Below, in pieces: positions 24,619-32,000 of a DNA stretch of 32,000 nucleotides. The DNA is from Longivirga aurantiaca (GTDB lineage: Bacteria > Actinomycetota > Actinomycetes > S36-B12 > CAIYMF01): the NCBI RefSeq assembly GCF_042660085.1, contig NZ_JBHSTI010000002.1, positions 150,001 through 182,000 on the forward strand. Reading direction: 5' to 3'. The first letter of the stretch is position 1. Each line of letters begins with the position of its first letter. The notes under the pieces were generated by a model. That model saw nothing but the letters and a program-made list of their open reading frames with translations. It was not told the DNA's origin and did not search any database. A program made the translations under genes and the position numbers.

Positions 24619-24647
24619 GGTGGTGTCACCACGAAGACGACACCACC
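24619..24647. promoter_or_regulatory. Perfect 9-bp inverted repeat directly upstream of the ABC transporter SD
   Basis: GGTGGTGTC (24619-24627), an 11-nt spacer, then GACACCACC (24639-24647). It abuts AGGAG at 24648-24652 and lies close to ATG 24658. Confidence 0.45.
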
Positions 24648-24657
24648 AGGAGCACCC

Positions 24658-25587
24658 ATGATCGAGGTCCACGAGCTGACCAAGCGGTACGGCGACGTCA
24701 CCGCTGTCGACTCCATCAGCTTCACCGTCCAGCCGGGCGTCATCACCGGCTTCCTCGGCCCCAACGGCGCCGGCAAGTCCACGACGATGCGCATGATCCT
24801 CGGCCTCGACCGGCCGACCTCCGGCACCTCGACGGTCAACGGCCGCCCCTACGCCGAGGCGCCCGCACCGCTCACCGAGATGGGCGCGCTGCTCGAGGCC
24901 AAGGCCATCGACAAGGGCCGCTCGGCGCGCAACCACCTGCTGGCGCTCGGTGCGACCATCGGCGTCGGTGCGCGACGCGTCGACCACCTGCTCGACGTCG
25001 TCGGCCTCACCGAGGTGGCCGGCAAGGGTGCCGGCGGTTTCTCGCTCGGCATGGGTCAGCGCCTCGGGATCGCGACGGCGCTGCTCGGCGATCCGCAGAC
25101 CGTGATGCTCGACGAGCCCGTGAACGGGCTCGACCCCGACGGCATCCTCTGGATCCGCAACCTCCTCAAGGAGCTCGCGGCCGAGGGCCGCACCGTCTTC
25201 CTCTCCTCGCACCTCATGAGCGAGATGGAGCTCACCGCCGAGCATCTCGTCGTGATCGGGCGCGGCCGCATCCTGGCCGACGTCCCCATGGCCGAGTTCA
25301 TCGCCCAGTCGTCGCAGAACAGCGTCCAGGTGATCTCCCCGGACGCCGGTCGGCTGCGCGATCTCCTGATCCAGCCCGGGGTCGTCGTGGCCTCGAGCGC
25401 GCCAGGGCGCCTGGACGTGACCGGATTGAGCTCGAGCCAGGTCGGAGAGCTGGCGGCCGCAGCGGGCCTGGTGCTCCACCAGCTCGTCGACGTCGCCCCC
25501 TCGCTGGAGGAGGCGTTCATGGAGCTCACCCGCGATGCCGTGGACTACCACGGCTCGACCGACACGACCGGAAGGACGGCAGCCTGA
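24658..25587 (+). CDS. ABC transporter ATP-binding protein (ABC-2 subfamily partner)
   Basis: Track ORF of 309 aa. Walker A is GPNGAGKST, the signature is FSLGMGQR and Walker B is VMLDEP. Confidence 0.92.
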   Translation: MIEVHELTKRYGDVTAVDSISFTVQPGVITGFLGPNGAGKSTTMRMILGLDRPTSGTSTVNGRPYAEAPAPLTEMGALLEAKAIDKGRSARNHLLALGATIGVGARRVDHLLDVVGLTEVAGKGAGGFSLGMGQRLGIATALLGDPQTVMLDEPVNGLDPDGILWIRNLLKELAAEGRTVFLSSHLMSEMELTAEHLVVIGRGRILADVPMAEFIAQSSQNSVQVISPDAGRLRDLLIQPGVVVASSAPGRLDVTGLSSSQVGELAAAAGLVLHQLVDVAPSLEEAFMELTRDAVDYHGSTDTTGRTAA

Positions 25588-26429
25588 TGAGCACCACAGC
25601 CCTCGAGACGGGGACGACGCGGGCCGCCGCCACAGCGCCTGTCCGGACGACGACCTCTCGCGTGCTCGTCAGCGAGTGGATCAAGCTGCGCACGCTGCGC
25701 AGCACCTGGGCGTACGTCGTGGGGACGCTGGTCGTCCTCATCGGCTTCGGGGTGGTGGCCGCGCTCACCGCGAGCGGTCAGGCCGACAGCCCCGGGGGCG
25801 GCCCGGCGTTCTCGGCGAGCGACCCGGTGAGCACCACGCTGACCGGCGCGAACCTCGCGGTGCTCGTCGTGGCGGTCATGGGATCGATCGTCGGTGCGCG
25901 CGAGTACTCGACCGGCATGATCCGCACGACCCTGGCGGCGGTGCCGAAGCGCCTGCCCGTCCTGTGGGGCAAGCTCGCCACCTTCACGGGCCTCATGGCC
26001 TCCGTGGTCGTGACCGGCGTCGTGATCGCGTTCTTCGCGGGCATGGCGGTGCTCGACGCCGGCGGCGCTGCGACCATGGCGTGGTCGGACGACGGCGTGG
26101 CGCGGGCCGTGCTCGGCACCGCGGCGAACGTCGTCGGCCTCGGGGTCATGGGGCTGGCGCTGGGCGTCATGCTCCGCAGCACCGCGGCGGCGATCGGCAC
26201 GGTGATCGGTGCGGTCCTGTTCATCCCGACGCTGGCCTCGGCGCTGCTGCCGGACAGCTGGGACGACGTCCTCAAGTACCTGCCGTCGAACGCCGCCCAG
26301 GCCTTCACGTCCCTCTCGGACACCGGCGCATCGCTGCTCAGCCCCGGCGCCGGCATGGCCGTCTTCGCGAGCTGGGTCCTGGCCTCCGTCGTCGGCGCCG
26401 CCGTCGTGCTGAAGCGACGCGACGCCTGA
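25587..26429 (+). CDS. ABC-2 family transporter permease
   Basis: Track ORF of 280 aa. The start overlaps the ATPase stop (TGATG). It has six hydrophobic segments; the sequence begins SEWIKLRTLRSTWAYVVGTLVVLIGFGVV... Confidence 0.85.
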   Translation: MSTTALETGTTRAAATAPVRTTTSRVLVSEWIKLRTLRSTWAYVVGTLVVLIGFGVVAALTASGQADSPGGGPAFSASDPVSTTLTGANLAVLVVAVMGSIVGAREYSTGMIRTTLAAVPKRLPVLWGKLATFTGLMASVVVTGVVIAFFAGMAVLDAGGAATMAWSDDGVARAVLGTAANVVGLGVMGLALGVMLRSTAAAIGTVIGAVLFIPTLASALLPDSWDDVLKYLPSNAAQAFTSLSDTGASLLSPGAGMAVFASWVLASVVGAAVVLKRRDA

Positions 26430-26461
26430 TCCCGCAGCGCCGTGCGGCACCGCCCCCGAAC

Positions 26462-26492
26462 CCGGCCCCCGTCGTCCCTCGGCGGGGGCCGG
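26462..26492 (+). terminator. Hairpin terminator after the ABC genes
   Basis: CCGGCCCCCG (26462-26471) pairs with CGGGGGCCGG (26483-26492), with an 11-nt loop. Confidence 0.5.
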
Positions 26493-26628
26493 CCCATGCC
26501 GCGGTTGGTCAGGCGTTGGGCGGGGTCGGCGGCCTCGTCGTCTCCCTGGTGCTCGGAACGGCCCGCTGCCGCCCACGCGAGCATCACTCCCCTCCGGCTC
26601 GTACGTCTTCGGGTGAATTGCGCGTGCC

Positions 26629-28371
26629 GTGGCGCCGCTCGGCCTCTTAGCATCGGGTGCCGTGCGCATCACTCCCGCCGTCCGCATCTGCGCGTCCGTC
26701 GCCGTGGCACTCCTGGCGCTGACTGCGTGCTCGACCGGTACCGAGCAGACCCCGGCGCCCACCACATCGACTCCGGGAGGCGCGCCGCCCCCGTCGCCGT
26801 CCGGCCCGTCGGATGCCGAGGCTGTGCAAGCCCTCGCGGCGCCGGGCCCGTACGAGGTCGCCGCCGCCGACTACGCCCTCGACGACCTCGCTGTCGAGGG
26901 GCTCTCCTCCCCGCTCGAGGTGGAGGCTCAGGTGGTCGGCCCCGTGGGTGCGACCGGTCCACTGCCTGTCGTGGTCCTGCTCCACGGGTATTGGGCGTCG
27001 TGCTGGAACCCGACGACCAAGGACTCGAGCACTGCGTGGCCGTGCCCGACAGGGCAAGAGCCGATCGGCAACAACCGCGGCTTCACGTACCTCCAGGAGC
27101 GGCTCGCCTCGCATGGGTTCCTGACGGTCTCTGTCTCGGCTAACGGTGTCAACGTGCTGGCAACCGACATGGGCGACGACGCAGGAGCCGCCGCCCGCTC
27201 AGTGCTCGTCCGGCGACATCTCGACGCGCTCGCCAATGGCGCGATCGGCTCCTTGGCCCAGTGGCCTTCGCTCGACCTGAGGTCCGTGCTGCTGATGGGC
27301 CACAGTCGTGGCGGCGAAGGCGTCGATCGCGCGGCCTGGGAGGGCGCGGGGTCCTCGGCCTGGACGGTCAAGGGCGTGGTCCTCGTCGGGCCGACCGCGT
27401 TCGAGCCCTCGCCCCGCAGCACGACCGCGGTCGTCGCGATCTCCGGCGACTGCGACGGCGATGTCGGCCCGAGCCTCGGCCAGGCGTACGTCGATCGCGT
27501 CGCCGACCCCGGCCTCCTGCGCTCGTCGCTGCTGGTGCGGGGCGCCAACCACAACTACTTCAACACCGAGTGGGACGAGAACGTCTCGGTCTCGGGCGGT
27601 GGCTACGACGACGTCGTCACCGAGGGCGGCACGGTGGACCCGATGTGCAAGGCGTCCAGCCCCACCCGGCTCTCGCCTGCGGATCAGCGCGAGACGCTCG
27701 CACGAGGGATGACGCTCGTCGCCTCGGCCCTCCTCGGGGGGTCGGACATCGCTGGCCGCGTGCTCGACGCGTCTGTGGACTTCCCCGTGACCGACGGTGC
27801 CCGGGTCTGGGTGACCCCGACGGGTCACGGGCGCACTTCCGCCGCCCCCGACGCGTCGACCCGGGTGACAGCGACCGACGGAGCAACCGCCTTCGTCTGT
27901 CGTGGTGTGTCCGAGACGGAGCAGCCGCAGGACTGCGGCAGAGGGGCGAACCAGGGTCTGAACCCCCACTGGCCCAATGCATCCGACGGCACGGTCGGCC
28001 CGTCTGCGGTGGAGATCTCGTGGACGCGCGCCGGTGGGTCGGTGTCGATCAGGCCGTCCACGCCGATCGACCTGGCGGGTTCGACGTCGTTGGAGTCGCG
28101 CGTCGCGGTGGGTGCTGAGGGGTCGCCGGTGGCCTTCGAGGTGGCGATCACCGACACCGCCGGTCGCTCCGCCGAGCTCGGCGTCTGGGGCCCGATCGAG
28201 GCGATGCCGGGCGGTCCCGTATTGCCCTCGCGCACCTGGGCCCAGCTTCTCTCGCTGCCGCTGGGTGACGTGCCCGGGGTCGACCTGACGCGCATCGCGA
28301 CCGTGACCTTCCGGCCGATGACGGAGAGCGGCAGGGCCTGGGTCCTCGACCTCACGACCTCGCCGACGTGA
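26629..28371 (+). CDS. Lipoprotein alpha/beta hydrolase with an additional C-terminal region of about 230 aa and unknown fold
   Basis: Track ORF of 580 aa. The start is GTG 26629, or in-frame GTG 26662. The lipobox is LALTAC. The nucleophile elbow is GHSRGG, preceded by VVVLLHGYWASCW. Confidence 0.8.
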   Translation: MAPLGLLASGAVRITPAVRICASVAVALLALTACSTGTEQTPAPTTSTPGGAPPPSPSGPSDAEAVQALAAPGPYEVAAADYALDDLAVEGLSSPLEVEAQVVGPVGATGPLPVVVLLHGYWASCWNPTTKDSSTAWPCPTGQEPIGNNRGFTYLQERLASHGFLTVSVSANGVNVLATDMGDDAGAAARSVLVRRHLDALANGAIGSLAQWPSLDLRSVLLMGHSRGGEGVDRAAWEGAGSSAWTVKGVVLVGPTAFEPSPRSTTAVVAISGDCDGDVGPSLGQAYVDRVADPGLLRSSLLVRGANHNYFNTEWDENVSVSGGGYDDVVTEGGTVDPMCKASSPTRLSPADQRETLARGMTLVASALLGGSDIAGRVLDASVDFPVTDGARVWVTPTGHGRTSAAPDASTRVTATDGATAFVCRGVSETEQPQDCGRGANQGLNPHWPNASDGTVGPSAVEISWTRAGGSVSIRPSTPIDLAGSTSLESRVAVGAEGSPVAFEVAITDTAGRSAELGVWGPIEAMPGGPVLPSRTWAQLLSLPLGDVPGVDLTRIATVTFRPMTESGRAWVLDLTTSPT

Positions 28372-28446
28372 GGGAGTCCGCGAGCTCGCGCCCGCTGTCG
28401 GCTTCAAGCCTCCGGCGCGCTGCTCCGGGCAGGGGTCCGCGGGCGG

Positions 28447-29100
28447 TCAGGCGTCGGGGGAGTGGGTGCCCTCGGTCTCGTCGTCCTCGCGGCGGCGGCT
28501 GAGCAGCCAGCCCGCGCCGGCCGCGATCGCGGCGAGCACGAGCAGGATGATCCAGCCCCACGAGGGCATGCCCGAGGAGTCGGACGCCGGCGGCGGGGTG
28601 CCCTGGCCGACCGACGCCGAGGCGCTCGGCACCGCGCTGCTCGACTCCGCCGTGGGGCTCTCCGACGTCGGCTCGGGGGTCGGCTCGGGGGTCGGCCCGG
28701 CGGAGGACTCCGTCGGGGTGGCCGACTCGCTCGTGGGCTCGGCGGACGAGCTCGTCGGTGTCGGGCTGGGGGTGGGCTTCGCCGACGACGTCGTCGGCGT
28801 GGGCGAGGCCGCCTCGGTCTCGCTCTCGGCCGGCTCGGGCGAGCTCTCGGACGCGGTCGGCTCGGGCGTGGCCGACTCCGTGGGCTCGATCGACTCGGAC
28901 GGCGACTCGCTCGGCGACTCGCTCGGCGGTTCCGACGTACGGCTCGGGAGGATCGTCGGGAGCTCGCTGGGAAGCGAGATCGACGGCGTCGGCAGGGTCG
29001 GGCGCTCGCTCGGGAGCGAGATGCTGCCGCTGCCGCAGCCGGCCACGAGCCCGACGACGAGCGCTGCGCCCGCAGCACCGGTGAGAAGCCTCGATCGCAC
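28447..29100 (-). CDS. Ser/Thr/Pro/Glu-rich lipoprotein with a C-terminal TM helix and a basic stop-transfer tail
   Basis: Track ORF of 217 aa (GTG start). The lipobox is LVAGC. About 150 aa of low complexity follow (PSESPSESPSES, TPEPTPEPT). The C-terminus is PSWGWIILLVLAAIAAGAGWLLSRRREDDE. Confidence 0.65.
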   Translation of the reverse strand: MRSRLLTGAAGAALVVGLVAGCGSGSISLPSERPTLPTPSISLPSELPTILPSRTSEPPSESPSESPSESIEPTESATPEPTASESSPEPAESETEAASPTPTTSSAKPTPSPTPTSSSAEPTSESATPTESSAGPTPEPTPEPTSESPTAESSSAVPSASASVGQGTPPPASDSSGMPSWGWIILLVLAAIAAGAGWLLSRRREDDETEGTHSPDA

Positions 29101-29166
29101 GCTGAACCCCGTCCCGTCCGGGCGGCTCGTCCCGCCGGGGCTACCTCAGCACAGGAGGGGTCGGTG

Positions 29167-29277
29167 ATGCGCGCATCCGAGCCGACTCGTGACCTCCGGG
29201 TCGGCGGCCGGAACGCGAGCCCACGTCCGCGGGGCGGGCGCATCGGGCGCGGCCGCGTGGTTGGCTGGACGTCATGA
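29167..29277 (+). CDS. Candidate 36-codon upstream ORF translationally coupled to tdh
   Basis: AGGAGG (29153-29158) is followed by 8 nt and then ATG 29167. The peptide is [36 protein letters not shown]. Its TGA stop (29275-29277) overlaps the tdh ATG (29274) as ATGA. The tdh gene itself has no SD and no alternative in-frame start after the TGA at 29190-29192. Confidence 0.35.
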   Translation: MRASEPTRDLRVGGRNASPRPRGGRIGRGRVVGWTS

Positions 29278-30311
29278 AGGCGTTGGTGAAGGCGGAGGCT
29301 GCTCCGGGGCTGTGGCTGAAGGACGTGCCGGAGCCTCCTACGGGGGCCGGCGAGGTGCGGATCCGGGTGCTGCGCACAGGGATCTGCGGCACCGACCTGC
29401 ACGTGCGGTCGTGGGACCCGTGGGCCCAGGGCGCGGTGCGCACGCCGGTGACTCTCGGCCACGAGATCGCAGGGCGCGTGGAGGAGATCGGCACCGGGGT
29501 CGACACGGTCGACGTCGGCGACCTCGTGAGCGTCGAGGGGCACATCGTCTGCGGACGGTGCCGGTGGTGCCTCGGCGGACGGCGTCAGCTGTGCCCCCAC
29601 ACCGTGAGCGTCGGCATCGACCGCGACGGCGGGTTCGCCGAGGTGGTCGTCGTGCCGACGACGAACGTGTGGCGGCACCCGAAGCCGATCGACCCGGACG
29701 TCGCCGCGATCTTCGACCCGTTCGGCAACGCGGTGCACTCGGCGCTCGCGTTCGAGGTGCTCGGCGAGGACGTGCTCGTCACGGGCGCCGGCCCTATCGG
29801 GATCATGGCCGCGTCGGTCGCGCGGCACGCGGGCGCGCGCAACATCGTCATCACCGACCTCTCGCCCGAGCGGCTCGCGCTCGCGGAGTCGATGGGCGCC
29901 GTGACGCGTGCGATCGACGTGCGCACGGCCAACCTGCGCGACGTGATGGCCGAGCTCGGCATGGTCGAGGGCTTCGACGTCGGGCTCGAGATGTCGGGTG
30001 CTGCACCGGCGCTCCAGTCGATGATCTCCTCGATGGCGCACGGCGGGAAGATCGCCCTGCTCGGCCTGCCGTCGACGTCGGTCGAGTTCCAGTGGGACCG
30101 CGTCATCCGCTCGATGCTCACGGTGAAGGGGATCTTCGGCCGGGAGATGTTCGAGACCTGGTACGCGATGTCGGTGCTCGTCGGAGCTGGCCTCGACATC
30201 TCGCCCGTGATCACACACCGCTTCCCGTACACGGACTTCGACGAGGCGTTCGACACCGCCGCGTCCGGCCACTGCGGGAAGGTCGTCCTCGACTGGGAGG
30301 TGGCGTCATGA
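29274..30311 (+). CDS. tdh: L-threonine 3-dehydrogenase (Zn-dependent MDR family)
   Basis: Track ORF of 345 aa. Translation [21 protein letters not shown]...GICGTDLH...GHEIAG...CGRCRWC...GAGPIGIMA. Confidence 0.93.
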   Translation: MKALVKAEAAPGLWLKDVPEPPTGAGEVRIRVLRTGICGTDLHVRSWDPWAQGAVRTPVTLGHEIAGRVEEIGTGVDTVDVGDLVSVEGHIVCGRCRWCLGGRRQLCPHTVSVGIDRDGGFAEVVVVPTTNVWRHPKPIDPDVAAIFDPFGNAVHSALAFEVLGEDVLVTGAGPIGIMAASVARHAGARNIVITDLSPERLALAESMGAVTRAIDVRTANLRDVMAELGMVEGFDVGLEMSGAAPALQSMISSMAHGGKIALLGLPSTSVEFQWDRVIRSMLTVKGIFGREMFETWYAMSVLVGAGLDISPVITHRFPYTDFDEAFDTAASGHCGKVVLDWEVAS

Positions 30312-31498
30312 CGGCGTCGCTCGACGCGCTCCGCGCGGACATCAACGGCCGCCTCGACGAGATGCGCGCCACCGGCGTCTTCAAGCCCGAGCGGGTGATG
30401 GCGTCGCCGCAGGGCACGCACGTCGTCGACGGCGAGGGCCGGGACGTGCTCAACCTGTGCGCCAACAACTACCTCGGGCTCGCCGACGACCCACGAGTGG
30501 TGGAGGCGGCCGAGAAGGCCGTGCGCCAGTGGGGCTACGGGATGGCGTCGGTGCGCTTCATCTGCGGGACGCAGACGATCCACCGCGACCTCGAGCAGCG
30601 CCTCGCGGCGTACCTCGGCACCGAGGACTCGATCCTGTTCGGCTCGTGCTTCGATGCGAACGGCGGTGTGTTCGAGGCCCTGCTCGACGAGCGCGACGCC
30701 GTGATCTCGGACGCGCTCAACCACGCGTCGATCATCGACGGCGTGCGCCTCTGCAAGGCGCAGCGGCTGCGCTACGCCAACCGCGACATGGCCGAGCTCG
30801 AGGCCAGGCTCGTCGAGTCGGCCGGTGCGCGCTACCGGCTGATCGTCACCGACGGCGTCTTCTCGATGGATGGCTACCTCGCGCCTCTCGACGAGATCGT
30901 CGCGCTCGCCGACAAGCACGACGCCCTCGTGATGGTCGACGACTCGCACGCCGTCGGCTTCGTCGGTCCGACGGGTCGAGGCACGCCCGAGCTGTTCGGC
31001 GTGCGCGACCGCGTCGACATCGTGACGGGCACGCTCGGCAAGGCGCTCGGCGGTGCGTCCGGCGGCTACGTCGCCGCGCGGGCCGAGATCGTGGCGCTCC
31101 TCAAGCAGCGCGCGAGGCCGTACCTGTTCTCGAACTCGGTCGCGCCGCCGATCGTGGCGGCGTCGCTCGCCGTGCTCGACCTGCTCGAGGGCGAGAGCGC
31201 GCTCCGCGACCGCGTGCACGCCGCCGCGGCTCGGTTCCGTGCAGGGATGGAGGCCGAGGGCTTCGACCTGCTGCCGGGCTCGCACCCGATCGTGCCGGTG
31301 ATGTTCGGCGACGCGATCGTCGCGGGGCGGATGGCGGAGGAGCTGTTCGCCCGCGGCGTGTACGCCGTCGCGTTCTCGTTCCCGGTGGTGCCGCAGGGCC
31401 AGGCCCGCATCCGCGTGCAGCTATCGGCCGCGCACACGGACGCCGACGTCGACCGCGCCGTCGCCGCCTTCGCGGCCGCCCGCACCGCGGTGTCCTAG
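30308..31498 (+). CDS. kbl: Glycine C-acetyltransferase (2-amino-3-ketobutyrate CoA ligase)
   Basis: Inside track ORF 29189..31498. ATG 30308 overlaps the tdh stop (ATGA). Translation [14 protein letters not shown]...[12 protein letters not shown]...DDSHAVGF...[15 protein letters not shown] contains the PLP-lysine motif. Confidence 0.93.
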   Translation: MTASLDALRADINGRLDEMRATGVFKPERVMASPQGTHVVDGEGRDVLNLCANNYLGLADDPRVVEAAEKAVRQWGYGMASVRFICGTQTIHRDLEQRLAAYLGTEDSILFGSCFDANGGVFEALLDERDAVISDALNHASIIDGVRLCKAQRLRYANRDMAELEARLVESAGARYRLIVTDGVFSMDGYLAPLDEIVALADKHDALVMVDDSHAVGFVGPTGRGTPELFGVRDRVDIVTGTLGKALGGASGGYVAARAEIVALLKQRARPYLFSNSVAPPIVAASLAVLDLLEGESALRDRVHAAAARFRAGMEAEGFDLLPGSHPIVPVMFGDAIVAGRMAEELFARGVYAVAFSFPVVPQGQARIRVQLSAAHTDADVDRAVAAFAAARTAVS

Positions 31499-31600
31499 GG
31501 GTACCGGGACCATCGGCCGGGTTCCGCGCCGCCCTCGGGCGGACGCAGCCTTCTCGTGCCGGGAGACGGACAGCCTCCCGGGAACCACGAGGAGGACCAC

Positions 31601-32000
31601 ATGCTCAGCATCCGGAACACTGCCGCACTCGGCGCGGCCGCAGCGTCGCTCGTGCTCGTGGCCGGCGTGGTCGTCACCGCGCCCGCCAGCGCCAAGAGCA
31701 CCGATGTCATCGCGACCGGCTCCTGCACGGGCGGCAGCAACTACAAGCTCAAGGCCAAGCCCGACAACGGCGCGCTCCAGGTGGAGTGGGAGGTCGACCA
31801 GAACCGCAACGGCCAGGTCTGGACCTGGGCGATCACCCATGACGGCGTCACCAAGGCCTCGGGCCGCGCCACCACCCAGGCTCCGAGCGGCTCGTTCTCG
31901 GTGACGCGCCGTGTCGTGAACGCCGCCGGCACTCACACGATCAGCGGCGCCGCGCGCAACGCGGCCACCGGTGAGGTGTGCCGAGGCTCGCTCGTCATCT
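31601..32000 (+). CDS. Small secreted protein of unknown function; runs off the right edge
   Basis: It is not in the ORF track because no stop lies in the window. GGAGGA (31591-31596) is followed by 4 nt and then ATG 31601. The signal peptide is MLSIRNTAALGAAAASLVLVAGVVVTAPASA|KST. The mature part is GSCTGGSNYKLKAKPDNGALQVEWEVDQNRNGQVWTW...GEVCRGSLVI, with one Cys near each end. Confidence 0.7.
   Translation, partial: MLSIRNTAALGAAAASLVLVAGVVVTAPASAKSTDVIATGSCTGGSNYKLKAKPDNGALQVEWEVDQNRNGQVWTWAITHDGVTKASGRATTQAPSGSFSVTRRVVNAAGTHTISGAARNAATGEVCRGSLVI

Noticed and set aside
29101-29273. A glycine riboswitch or other known leader upstream of tdh-kbl.
   Set aside because: There are no GGAGAG...CACCGAAGGGGCAA-type glycine aptamer cores. 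The only features are a 6-bp inverted repeat (GCCGAC/GTCGGC, about 29182-29208) and the uORF reported separately.

Overview
This is a very GC-rich chromosomal segment (third codon positions are almost all G/C) that looks actinobacterial, possibly Micrococcales-like; the taxon is inferred only from gene content and signals. It appears to be core or housekeeping territory. I found no integrase, transposase, CRISPR array or recognisable defence genes.

Gene order, left to right:
- A membrane protein with a kinase-like and a flippase-like (UPF0104) domain (-; its C-terminus runs off the left edge).
- The xylose locus: xylR (-) divergent from xylA-xylB (+).
- A tRNA-Glu/tRNA-Asp pair (-), followed by a small HExxH metallopeptidase (+).
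- A 1136-aa PAS-GGDEF-EAL protein with an AGDEF motif, a degenerate EAL domain and a long acidic tail (-).
- A translationally coupled GT2-GtrA fusion and a GT-C (family 39-like) glycosyltransferase (-).
- An alpha/beta hydrolase (+).
- An unusually long (~660 bp) non-coding region, followed by an NCS2/AzgA-type purine permease (+).
- A PiT phosphate transporter preceded by PHO-box-like repeats (+).
- A Pro/Ala-rich Trp-repeat protein (-) and a secreted hyper-acidic Asp/Ser-repeat protein (-).
- A glutaminase-STAS-cNMP fusion (-) and a GAP/Sap-family membrane protein (+).
- A DesK/NarL-type two-component system followed by an ABC-2 transporter (+).
- A lipoprotein alpha/beta hydrolase (+) and a Ser/Thr/Pro/Glu-rich doubly anchored lipoprotein (-).
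- tdh-kbl (+), then a small secreted protein that runs off the right edge (+).

The least explained part is 14.53-15.19 kb. It contains a cluster of DnaA-box-like 9-mers and palindromes. After that comes a promoter-like element, then about 300 nt of consecutive hairpins (two with GCAA tetraloops) closed by a 13-bp intrinsic-terminator-like hairpin. I could not match this region to any RNA family from memory.

Many long ORFs in the supplied track are GC-driven shadow frames and were rejected.
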